Shown here piece after piece: positions 6,853 to 15,190 of a stretch of 45,202 bases of DNA (position 1 is the stretch's first letter; every line of letters begins with the position of its first letter). The stretch is from an uncultured Oscillospiraceae bacterium (GTDB lineage: Bacteria > Bacillota > Clostridia > UMGS1883), in the NCBI GenBank assembly GCA_964604615.1, contig CAZRZU010000003.1, positions 1 through 45,202 on the forward strand, given 5' to 3'. A model generated the notes under the pieces. It had not been told where the DNA came from, made no database searches, and saw nothing but the letters and a program-made list of their open reading frames with translations. Made by a program: the position numbers and the translations under genes.

Positions 6853-9744
6853 TTAAAGTGTTGCCAAAAGGCTTCTGAGCCTGATTTTTACAGCACCCAG
6901 ATTTGTGATTTCATCAATTTTAATTTGTGTATAAATCTTATTACCATTTTCAAGAATGCTTCTTACTTCGTCTGTTGTAATTGCATCAACACCGCAACCG
7001 AAACTCACAAGCTGAACAAGGTCCATGTCCTTCTGTTCTGTTACATACTTTGCCGCACGGTATAAACGGGAATGATAAGTCCACTGGTCAAGAACCCCCG
7101 GTCTCACGGGAGGCGCAAGGTGAGAAATGGAATCCTCCGTAATAAGCGCCACGTTAAAGCTTGTGATAAGCTTATCAATACCGTGATTTATTTCGGGGTC
7201 AACATGGTAAGGTCTGCCTGAAAGAACAATAATATGCTTTCCGTCCTTACGTGCCTTTTCGATAATTTCCGCACCCTTTGAGCGAACGTTGGCAAGATAG
7301 TTTTCCCTTTCCGCGTAAGCCTTTTTAGCCGCATGAGTTACGTCCTTTAAAGTAATGGACGGATAACGTGCAGATAAAATATCGTACATCTTTTTGGGGA
7401 AATCCTTCTCACGGTGAATACCGACATAATTGTATATAAAATCAATATCTGCAACTTCGGGACAGTTGGAGGCTATAACCTCGGGATAGTAAGCAACTAC
7501 GGGACAGTTATAGTGATTGTCGCCCATATTGTCGTCAAAGTTATAAGACATACAAGGATAGAAAATCGTCTTGACGCCTTCCTCAACAAGGCTTGCCACG
7601 TGACCGTGCATGAGCTTTGCAGGGAAACAAACCGTGTCGGAAGGAATAGTGGATTGCCCCTTAAGATACAGCTTTCTTGAGGACTGGGGACTCCTTGCAA
7701 CCTCAAAGCCCAGGTCTGTAAAGAAAGTGTGCCAGAAAGGATACATTTCGTACATGTTAAGACCCATGGGAATACCGATTTTACCAAGCTTTCCTTCCAG
7801 AGGAACATAGGAAGACAAAAGCTCGTTCTTATATGCATAAAGATTTAAGCTTTCATCGGGAGATTTCTTTGTAACGGGTCTTTCGCAGCGGTTGCCGCTT
7901 ATGAACTTTCTGCCGCCCTCAAAAGTGTTGATTGTGAGAAGACAGTTGTTTGTACAACCCTTACATTTAACTGTTGAAACAGTGTGCTCGAAGTTTTCAA
8001 GACTTTCCTTAGTTATGATGCTGCTCTTTTCGCCTTTCTTGCTCTTTGCGTAGAGAGCCGCACCGTATGCACCCATAAGTGCAGAAATGGAGGGGCGAAC
8101 CACCTGAACACCCATTTCCTGTTCAAATGCGCGGAGCACAGCATCGTTTAAGAATGTACCGCCCTGTACAACAATTCGTTTGCCCAAATCTTCCTTGGAT
8201 GAGGGGCGGATAACTTTGTAAATGGCATTTTTTACAACACTTGTGGACAATCCTGCCGAAATGTCTTCAACGGTAGCACCGTCTTTCTGAGCCTGTTTTA
8301 CCGAAGAGTTCATAAATACAGTGCATCTTGAACCCAAATCTACGGGTTTTGTGGCATAAAGTCCCTTTTTTGAAAATTCTTCGATATTGTATCCAAGGGC
8401 ATTGGCAAAGGTCTGGAGAAAGCTGCCGCAACCCGAGGAGCATGCTTCGTTAAGATAAATGTTATCAATAGCTCCGTTCTTTATCTTAAAGCACTTCATG
8501 TCCTGGCCGCCGATGTCAATAATAAACTCAACATCAGGCATAAACTTTTTTGCGGCTGTAAAGTGAGCTACTGTTTCAACTATGCCGTAGTCAATACCAA
8601 AAGCATTTTTTATAATATCCTCGCCGTAGCCTGTTACTGCGGCAGCGGCAATCTGAATGTCGGGCTTTTCTTGGTAAATTTGCTTTAAAATATCCAATAT
8701 AACAGGCACAGGGTTACCGCTGTTGGATGAATATGTAGAAAAGAGGATTTCTTCGTCTTCGTTAATTAAAACGGTTTTTGCTGTTGTACTGCCTGCGTCA
8801 ATACCAAGGTAAACCTTACCCTTTGCCTCGGCAAGAGTTTTCTGGTTAACTGTTGCCCTCTTGTGGCGTTGGGTAAACTCCTGGTATTCTTCCTCGCTTG
8901 TAAAAAGAGGGCTGAGGGTGTTAAATTCGCCCTCCGCAGAATACTTTTTAATGCCGTCAATTACACTGTCTATGTCAATAGCCTGATCTGCGCAGATTGC
9001 AGCACCTAAGGCAACATAGTAAAGTGAATTTTCGGGGCATGTGCCTTTCCTGTTCAAAGCTTTGTCAAAAAGGTCCCGAAGAGTGGGGAAGAAGGTTAAC
9101 GGACCGCCAAGGTATACAACGTTGCCCTCGATGGGTCTTCCCTGAGCAAGACCGCCAATCGTTTGGTTTACAACTGCGTCAAAAATACTTGCGGAAATGT
9201 CGTATTTATTTGCACCCTGGTTAAGAAGAGGCTGAACGTCGCTCTTTGCAAAAACACCGCAGCGGGAAGCAATTGTATAAAGCCTCTCGTGCTTTGATGC
9301 ATATTCGTTCATTTCGGTAGGTGTGAGCTTTAAAAGAGTTGCCATCTGGTCAATAAACGCACCTGTGCCGCCTGCACAGCTTCCGTTCATTCTTACCTCG
9401 CAGCTTCCCTGAAGGAAAAGAATTTTCGCATCTTCGCCACCCAGCTCAATAATAACATCTGTACCGGGCAGAAACTTGTTTGCAGAAGCTCTTGTGGCAT
9501 AAACCTCCTGAACAAATGAAACACCGGCACTTTCGCTTATGCCCATGCCTGCGCTGCCCGAAATGGCAAAAAGATACTCTCTGTTTTCAGGAAACTGAGC
9601 CTTTATTTTATTGAGCAATTCAACACTTTTCTCCTTAATCTGAGAAAAATGTCTCTCATAGGAAGAAAAAATAATATTGTTTTCCTCGTTGATTACAACA
9701 CACTTAAGTGTTGTTGAACCTATGTCAAAACCTATACGATACAT
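6853..9744 (-). CDS. Acyl-CoA dehydratase activase-related protein: two BcrAD/BadFG-type ATPase domains plus a C-terminal dehydratase-like extension
   Basis: The ORF extends to 9759. ATG 9744 is preferred because GGAGG lies 8 nt upstream. The actin-fold ATPase signature occurs twice (IGFDIGSTTLK and LGIDAGSTTAK). This is followed by a Cys cluster (CKGCTNNC...GNRCERP) and an extension of about 350 aa. Confidence 0.8.
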   Translation of the reverse strand: MYRIGFDIGSTTLKCVVINEENNIIFSSYERHFSQIKEKSVELLNKIKAQFPENREYLFAISGSAGMGISESAGVSFVQEVYATRASANKFLPGTDVIIELGGEDAKILFLQGSCEVRMNGSCAGGTGAFIDQMATLLKLTPTEMNEYASKHERLYTIASRCGVFAKSDVQPLLNQGANKYDISASIFDAVVNQTIGGLAQGRPIEGNVVYLGGPLTFFPTLRDLFDKALNRKGTCPENSLYYVALGAAICADQAIDIDSVIDGIKKYSAEGEFNTLSPLFTSEEEYQEFTQRHKRATVNQKTLAEAKGKVYLGIDAGSTTAKTVLINEDEEILFSTYSSNSGNPVPVILDILKQIYQEKPDIQIAAAAVTGYGEDIIKNAFGIDYGIVETVAHFTAAKKFMPDVEFIIDIGGQDMKCFKIKNGAIDNIYLNEACSSGCGSFLQTFANALGYNIEEFSKKGLYATKPVDLGSRCTVFMNSSVKQAQKDGATVEDISAGLSTSVVKNAIYKVIRPSSKEDLGKRIVVQGGTFLNDAVLRAFEQEMGVQVVRPSISALMGAYGAALYAKSKKGEKSSIITKESLENFEHTVSTVKCKGCTNNCLLTINTFEGGRKFISGNRCERPVTKKSPDESLNLYAYKNELLSSYVPLEGKLGKIGIPMGLNMYEMYPFWHTFFTDLGFEVARSPQSSRKLYLKGQSTIPSDTVCFPAKLMHGHVASLVEEGVKTIFYPCMSYNFDDNMGDNHYNCPVVAYYPEVIASNCPEVADIDFIYNYVGIHREKDFPKKMYDILSARYPSITLKDVTHAAKKAYAERENYLANVRSKGAEIIEKARKDGKHIIVLSGRPYHVDPEINHGIDKLITSFNVALITEDSISHLAPPVRPGVLDQWTYHSRLYRAAKYVTEQKDMDLVQLVSFGCGVDAITTDEVRSILENGNKIYTQIKIDEITNLGAVKIRLRSLLATL

Positions 9745-9883
9745 TAATGATACCTCCAATCGACAAAACCATTCAAAATATTATACCATTATTTAAAAAA
9801 TGAGTCAATCACAAAACCATACATAAATAAGTAAAGAAATTGTTAATATTCTTTAATAATGCTACAAAAAACAAAATATCGGC

Positions 9884-9912
9884 TTGAAAAATCCTTAAAC
9901 TTGTGTTATATT
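9884..9912 (+). promoter_or_regulatory. Sigma-A promoter for the lepB-rbgA-rnhB-yraN cluster
   Basis: TTGAAA (9884-9889), 17-nt spacer, TGtTATATT (9904-9912). Confidence 0.55.
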
Positions 9913-9941
9913 ACACCATAGTATGAAAAGAGGCTGATTTG

Positions 9942-10517
9942 ATGAACGAGAATATGAATACGGAATATGTTGAAACAGGCAAGAGCATGATTAGGGAAAT
10001 TGGTGAATGGGTGCTGTGCATAGTTGTGGCAGTTGCCGTTGCCTTTTTTATAAAAACGTTTATTATGACCGTCGCAGAGGTTGACGGCGAATCTATGCTG
10101 GACACTCTTCACCATAAGGAAAGGCTCATTACATGGAAATTGGGATATGCTCCCAAGCAGAACGATATTATTATTTTTGAACCGAGAGATTCAGTAAAAG
10201 GAAACAGAAAGTTTTATGTAAAGCGAGTTATTGCTACGGAATACCAGACGGTTGAAATAAACTACGAGGAAAATGCAGTTTATGTGGACGGAATTCAATT
10301 GGAAGAGCCGTATATATATGAGGAAATGCGCGACATAAGCTATAACACGACTGATTATTGGGTGGTACCCGAAGGTCATGTGTTTGTTATGGGCGACAAC
10401 CGCAACAACTCCCGTGACAGCCGCTCTGAGTCTGTAAGCTTTGTAAGTCACGAATCCATTGAAGGTAAGGTAGTTTTCAGATTTTGGCCACTTAACAAAA
10501 TGGGTATAGTTAAATAA
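9942..10517 (+). CDS. lepB: Signal peptidase I
   Basis: N-terminal TM helix, catalytic-Ser box GESMLDTL, and the GDNRNNSRDSR box. RBS AAAAGAGG lies 8 nt upstream of ATG 9942. Confidence 0.9.
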   Translation: MNENMNTEYVETGKSMIREIGEWVLCIVVAVAVAFFIKTFIMTVAEVDGESMLDTLHHKERLITWKLGYAPKQNDIIIFEPRDSVKGNRKFYVKRVIATEYQTVEINYEENAVYVDGIQLEEPYIYEEMRDISYNTTDYWVVPEGHVFVMGDNRNNSRDSRSESVSFVSHESIEGKVVFRFWPLNKMGIVK

Positions 10518-10528
10518 GATTTTTGTGT

Positions 10529-10558
10529 ATGCCTTATCAGTTGATAAGGCATAATTTT
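10529..10558 (+). terminator. Hairpin after lepB (weak terminator or attenuator)
   Basis: ATGCCTTATCA (10529-10539) / TGATAAGGCAT (10542-10552), followed by AATTTT. The U-tract is weak. Confidence 0.4.
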
Positions 10559-10572
10559 CGGAGGTGTTAATA

Positions 10573-11424
10573 TTGAACATACAGTGGTTCCCCGGTCATA
10601 TGACCAAGGCAAAGCGCATGATGGAAGATAACATGAAGCTTGTAGACTGCGTTATTGAAATTGTAGATGCTCGTTGTCCCCTTGCGAGCCGTAATCCGGA
10701 TTTGCCGAAATTATCCAAGGGTAAAAAAACACTTATCATTATAAACAAAACAGATATTGCTGACCCTAACGAAACTGTAAAATGGCAGAACTATTTCTTA
10801 AAGGAAGGCTATCCTTCCGTAACGGTGAGCAGTATAAACGGTAAGGGCATTGATAAGCTCACAAATGCTATCCGTGACCTTATGAAAGAAAAAATTGAAC
10901 GTGACAAGAGCCGCGGTCTTGTTAACCGCCCCATACGTGCCATGGTTTGCGGCATACCCAATGTGGGTAAGTCAAGCTTTATTAATAAGCTCTACGGCAA
11001 GGGTGCCGCAAAGGTTGGCGATAGGCCGGGTGTGACGCGGGGAAAACAGTGGATTACACTACCCGGAGGCATTGAACTTTTAGACACTCCGGGTATTCTT
11101 TGGCCCAAGTTTGAAGACAAGGAAGTTGCCATGAACCTGGCATTTATAGGTTCAATCAAGGATGACGTTTTAGACACGGAAGAGCTGGCGGCAAACCTTT
11201 TAATGAGGCTTTCGAAGGAATATCCCGAGCTTCTCACTGCACGTTATAAGATAGAAATCGGCGAAAACGACAGCATGTATGATCTTTTGGAAAAGGTGTG
11301 CCGTAAGCGCGGTTTTATTTTAAAGGGCAATGAATACGACGGTCTTAGGGGTGCAAGTGTTGTTCTTGACGAGTTCAGAGGCGCAAAGATTGGTAAAATT
11401 ACATTAGAGAAAGTTGGCGAATAA
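10573..11424 (+). CDS. rbgA: Ribosome biogenesis GTPase A (YlqF/RbgA)
   Basis: IQWFPGHMTKA N-terminus and circularly permuted GTPase motifs (NKTDI ... GIPNVGKSSFIN ... DTPG). TTG 10573 is preferred over GTG 10564 because GGAGG at 10560-10564 lies 8 nt upstream. Confidence 0.9.
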   Translation: MNIQWFPGHMTKAKRMMEDNMKLVDCVIEIVDARCPLASRNPDLPKLSKGKKTLIIINKTDIADPNETVKWQNYFLKEGYPSVTVSSINGKGIDKLTNAIRDLMKEKIERDKSRGLVNRPIRAMVCGIPNVGKSSFINKLYGKGAAKVGDRPGVTRGKQWITLPGGIELLDTPGILWPKFEDKEVAMNLAFIGSIKDDVLDTEELAANLLMRLSKEYPELLTARYKIEIGENDSMYDLLEKVCRKRGFILKGNEYDGLRGASVVLDEFRGAKIGKITLEKVGE

Positions 11425-11425
11425 T

Positions 11426-12061
11426 ATGCCAAGGCTTACAAAAGAGCAGGAGGCAGAGCGCCTTAATGCAATGTGGGATATTGAAAAATCTCTTTTTGAA
11501 AAAGGTTATGAGGTCATAGCGGGTGTGGATGAAGCCGGCAGAGGCCCCCTTGCAGGGGACGTGTATGCAGCTGCGGTTATTTTGCCTAAGGGTATCATTA
11601 TCGAAGGGCTGAATGATTCAAAGAAAATAAGCGAAAAAAAGAGAGATGCCCTTTACGATGTTATAAAAGAAAAAGCATTGGCTTGGTCTGTGGCGACAGC
11701 TTCCGTTGAAGAGATTGACACATATAACATTCGCAATGCAACATATATTGCAATGAACAGAGCTCTTTCTGATTTGAAAGCCAAGATAGATTATGTTCTT
11801 ATTGACGGCGACTGTATAATTGGCTGTGAATATGCTCACCAGTGTGTTGTAAAGGGTGACAGTAAAAGTGCATCAATATCAGCCGCGTCAATCCTTGCAA
11901 AGGTTACACGTGACAGATATATGCTCAGTTTAGCCGAACAATACCCACAGTATCAGTTTGAAAAGCACAAAGGCTACGGTACGGCGCTGCATATTGAAAT
12001 GCTTAAAAAGTATGGAGCAAGCCCCGTACACAGAAAAACATTTGTAAAGAAGTTTGTATGA
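11426..12061 (+). CDS. rnhB: Ribonuclease HII
   Basis: GVDEAGRGPLAGDVYAAAV active-site block and DSKK motif. ATG 11426 lies 1 nt after the rbgA stop codon. Confidence 0.92.
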   Translation: MPRLTKEQEAERLNAMWDIEKSLFEKGYEVIAGVDEAGRGPLAGDVYAAAVILPKGIIIEGLNDSKKISEKKRDALYDVIKEKALAWSVATASVEEIDTYNIRNATYIAMNRALSDLKAKIDYVLIDGDCIIGCEYAHQCVVKGDSKSASISAASILAKVTRDRYMLSLAEQYPQYQFEKHKGYGTALHIEMLKKYGASPVHRKTFVKKFV

Positions 12062-12426
12062 TGTTAAAACGTGATATAGGCAACATTGGAGAAGATGTTG
12101 CGGTAAAATTTTTAAAAAAGCAAAAGTATAAAATAATAGAACGCAATTTTAATGTGCCCAGGGTGGGCGAAATCGACATTGTGGCTCGGGATAAGGACTA
12201 TCTTGTCTTTGTTGAGGTCAGACTCCGAAAAGCAGGAAGCCTTGTTTCGCCCTTTGAAACGGTAGACACCTTTAAGCAACAAAGGCTGATTAGGACGGCG
12301 GAATCATATTTAAAGGTCCATGGCTTAAGTGAAGCTTTGGCAAGGTTTGATGTTATTGCAGTAACGCAAAATGATGACGGCAGCCACACGGTTGAAATTG
12401 TAAAAAATGCTTTTGAAAAAAAATAA
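12058..12426 (+). CDS. YraN-family (UPF0102) endonuclease-like protein
   Basis: 122 aa with GEDVAVKFLKKQKYKIIERNF ... GEIDIVA ... LVFVEVRLR, the typical YraN pattern. Its start overlaps the rnhB stop by 4 nt. Confidence 0.85.
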   Translation: MMLKRDIGNIGEDVAVKFLKKQKYKIIERNFNVPRVGEIDIVARDKDYLVFVEVRLRKAGSLVSPFETVDTFKQQRLIRTAESYLKVHGLSEALARFDVIAVTQNDDGSHTVEIVKNAFEKK

Positions 12427-12448
12427 TTGCAATGCTTGTAAAAAAGTA

Positions 12449-12477
12449 TTGCATATTTATTAACAAAGGTGTATAAT
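12449..12477 (+). promoter_or_regulatory. Sigma-A promoter of argD-argF
   Basis: TTGCAT (12449-12454), 17-nt spacer, TATAAT (12472-12477). The -10 overlaps the ORF-track ATG at 12476, which argues for the downstream start. Confidence 0.55.
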
Positions 12478-12499
12478 GTTGCAAAATGGAGTTGATATT

Positions 12500-13672
12500 A
12501 TGAAACTTGAAGAAATTAAATCATGGGATAAAGCGCATTTTATGAACACTTTCGGTGAAAGAACGCCCGTTGCTTTTGAAAAGGGCGAGGGCATGTATCT
12601 TTATACAAACGATGGTGAAAAATACCTGGACATGTTTGCAGGCATTGCAGTGAACAGCTTGGGGTATAATCATAAGGCTTTTACCCAAGCAGTTCACGAC
12701 CAGGTTGACAAGCTTTTGCACACCTCCAGCCTTTATTACATAGAAACACAGGCAAAGCTTGCCCAAAAGCTTACCGAGATATCCTGTGCCGATAAAATTT
12801 ATTTTGCAAACAGCGGCGCTGAGGCTAACGAAGGTGCAATCAAGCTTGCAAAGATTTATTTTTACAAAAAAGGAATTGAGAAATACGAGGTTATAAGCCT
12901 TAAGTCCTCATTTCACGGAAGAACCCTTGCAACTGTTGCCGCAACAGGACAGGAAAAATATCAGAAGCCTTATTATCCTCTTATTCCGGGGTTCAAGCAG
13001 GTTTTAATAAATGATATTGATGCCTTAAAAGAATCAATAACGGACAAAACCTGCGCAATACTTGTTGAACCCATTCAGGGCGAAAGCGGAGTTCATCTTC
13101 TTGATGATGAATATATAAAAGAAGTAAGACGCATTTGCGACGAAAAAGAAATTATACTTATTTTTGACGAAATCCAGACAGGCATCTGCCGTACAGGTAA
13201 AATGTTTGCCTACGAAACATTTGGTGTTGAACCCGATATTTTCACTTTGGCAAAGGCTTTAGGCAACGGTGTTCCCATTGGTGCAGTTTGCGCTAAAGAC
13301 TTTGTTGCAGAGGCATTCCAGCCGGGTGACCATGGCGGTACATTTGGCGGTAACCCCTTGGCGACAAGAGCAGGTCTGGCAGTTTTAGAAGCAATGGAGA
13401 AGGAAAAGCTTGCAGAAAATGCTGAAAAAATGGGCAACTACATAGTGGCACGCGTTAAAAATGAGCTTGGCGAAAGTGTTAAGGAAATTCGTTATAAAGG
13501 GTTAATGATTGGTATTGAACTGTTTGCGCCTGCATCCGATGCAAGGAAAAAGCTTTTTGAAAAGAAGATTCTTGTGGGTGCGGTGGGCAATACTCTCAGA
13601 GTTTTGCCGCCCCTTATTATAACAGAAAAAGAAGCGGATATATTTATTGATGCGTTAAAGGAGATAATATAA
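12500..13672 (+). CDS. argD: Acetylornithine aminotransferase (class III PLP aminotransferase)
   Basis: Class-III aminotransferase blocks (NSGAEANEGAIKLA, DEIQTGICRTG, LAKALGNG with the PLP lysine). It sits next to argF. ATG 12500 has GGAG 9 nt upstream. Confidence 0.85.
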   Translation: MKLEEIKSWDKAHFMNTFGERTPVAFEKGEGMYLYTNDGEKYLDMFAGIAVNSLGYNHKAFTQAVHDQVDKLLHTSSLYYIETQAKLAQKLTEISCADKIYFANSGAEANEGAIKLAKIYFYKKGIEKYEVISLKSSFHGRTLATVAATGQEKYQKPYYPLIPGFKQVLINDIDALKESITDKTCAILVEPIQGESGVHLLDDEYIKEVRRICDEKEIILIFDEIQTGICRTGKMFAYETFGVEPDIFTLAKALGNGVPIGAVCAKDFVAEAFQPGDHGGTFGGNPLATRAGLAVLEAMEKEKLAENAEKMGNYIVARVKNELGESVKEIRYKGLMIGIELFAPASDARKKLFEKKILVGAVGNTLRVLPPLIITEKEADIFIDALKEII

Positions 13673-14592
13673 TGAAACACTTACTTACATTACATGATTT
13701 GACAACAGAAGAAATTAATCAGATACTTGACCTGGCAAAAAAATTAAAGAGCGATTTAAAAAAGGGAATCACACACGAGCCTTTGAAGGGTAAAACCCTC
13801 GGCATGATTTTTTCAAAGTCCTCCACAAGAACCCGTGTTTCCTTTGAAGTTGGCATGAGCCAGCTGGGCGGAAGAGCCATTTTCCTTTCTTCCAACGATA
13901 TTCAGCTGGGCAGAGGGGAGTCTATTTACGATACTGCAAATGTTTTGTCAAGATACCTTGACGGCATTATGATAAGAACATATGCTCAGAGCGATGTTGA
14001 AGATTTGGCAAAGTACGGCACTATTCCGATTATCAACGGTCTTACAGACCTGGTGCATCCCTGTCAGATTTTAGCTGACTTCCAGACCATTGAAGAGTAT
14101 AAGGGCAAGAGAAGCGGTTTGAAGATTGCCTATATAGGTGACGGTAACAACATTGCACATTCTCTTCTTTACGGCAGTGCAAAATTGGGTGTGGATATTT
14201 CTGTTGCATCTCCCAAGGGCTACAACTGCGACGAAGAGGTTGTTGCAAACGCAAAGGACGATGCAAAAAAAACAGGCGCAAACCTTATTCTCACGGAAGA
14301 CCCTATTGAAGCAATGAAGAACGCGGACGTTGTAATCACAGACACATGGTGCTCCATGGGTCAGGACGCAGAAAAACAGGAGAGAATAAAGGCATTCCAG
14401 GGCTATCAGGTTGACAAAGCTCTCTTTGCTCATGCTGCAAGCGATGCAATCTTTATGCACTGCTTGCCTGCATACCGCGGCTATGAAGTGGCAGAGGATA
14501 TTATTGACGGACCCATGAGTGTTATTTTCGATGAGGCAGAAAACAGACTCCATGCACAGAAAGCTGTTATGCAGTTATTGATGAGTGAGTAA
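13672..14592 (+). CDS. argF: Ornithine carbamoyltransferase
   Basis: STRTRVSFE carbamoyl-phosphate motif, HPCQ, and HCLPAYRG. Its start overlaps the argD stop (TAATG). Confidence 0.92.
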   Translation: MKHLLTLHDLTTEEINQILDLAKKLKSDLKKGITHEPLKGKTLGMIFSKSSTRTRVSFEVGMSQLGGRAIFLSSNDIQLGRGESIYDTANVLSRYLDGIMIRTYAQSDVEDLAKYGTIPIINGLTDLVHPCQILADFQTIEEYKGKRSGLKIAYIGDGNNIAHSLLYGSAKLGVDISVASPKGYNCDEEVVANAKDDAKKTGANLILTEDPIEAMKNADVVITDTWCSMGQDAEKQERIKAFQGYQVDKALFAHAASDAIFMHCLPAYRGYEVAEDIIDGPMSVIFDEAENRLHAQKAVMQLLMSE

Positions 14593-14610
14593 AAAGAGGA
14601 TGCTTCAACA

Positions 14611-14657
14611 CTCCCTCCGACTCGCTGAAGGCGAGCCACCTCCCTCTGAGAGGGAGG
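14611..14657 (+). repeat. CTCCCTC / CTCCCTC / GAGGGAG triple-repeat intergenic element, copy A
   Basis: CTCCCTC (14611-14617), small hairpin CTCGC/GCGAG (14621-14635), then CCTCCCTC (14639-14646)-tga-GAGGGAGG (14650-14657). The architecture matches 29909-29954. Confidence 0.65.
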
Positions 14658-14676
14658 CAGAAAGGAATGAAATTTT

Positions 14677-15153
14677 GTGAACAAATATTTTGAAGTGCGT
14701 CGTGCGAGCATGGCGGATGCAGAAGCCATAAAGCAGATAACCTCCGAAGCCTTTGAAAAGTACTGTGAAATGGCGCATCTTGACACAATTGCCGCACTTA
14801 ATGAGTCTATCGAGGACATACAAAAGGACATTGAAGAAAAAATAGTTCTGGTTGCCTATATTGACGACGAAGTTGTGGGCAGTGTAAGAGTTGGGATCAA
14901 CGAAGAAACCATGGAAGCTTATCTCAGTCGTTTCGGTGTGAGCACAAAGTACCAGAACCTTGGCATAGGTAAAGCGCTTATGAACATGGTGGATATTACC
15001 ATGCGCCATAACGGTGTGAAGAGAATTTGTCTTCATACTGCATCTAAGGTGTTCTCACTTGTAAGATTCTATTACGGCAGAGGCTTTTACATTGATTCCA
15101 CAAGCAAGGATAGGGGATATGTAAGAGCGCTACTGGTTAAAGATTATGAATAA
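14677..15153 (+). CDS. GNAT-family N-acetyltransferase
   Basis: 158 aa with a GTG start. Shows the GNAT motif A region RFGVSTKYQNLGIGKALM. The N-terminal VRRASMADAEAIKQI pattern supports the long form. Confidence 0.75.
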   Translation: MNKYFEVRRASMADAEAIKQITSEAFEKYCEMAHLDTIAALNESIEDIQKDIEEKIVLVAYIDDEVVGSVRVGINEETMEAYLSRFGVSTKYQNLGIGKALMNMVDITMRHNGVKRICLHTASKVFSLVRFYYGRGFYIDSTSKDRGYVRALLVKDYE

Positions 15154-15190
15154 ACACAAATCCCTCGGATTAAATCCGAGGGATTTGTGT
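15152..15190. terminator. Bidirectional terminator between convergent genes
   Basis: Near-perfect long palindrome AAACACAAATCCCTCGGATTTAAATCCGAGGGATTTGTGTTT. Confidence 0.8.

Noticed and set aside
14042-15036. Minus-strand ORFs overlapping argF, the spacer and the GNAT gene (14071-14553, 14481-14831, 14605-15036).
   Set aside because: They are antisense to genes with strong family motifs. The part crossing 14611-14657 merely translates the CTCCCTC/GAGGGAG repeat (…SEGGGSPSASRR…).
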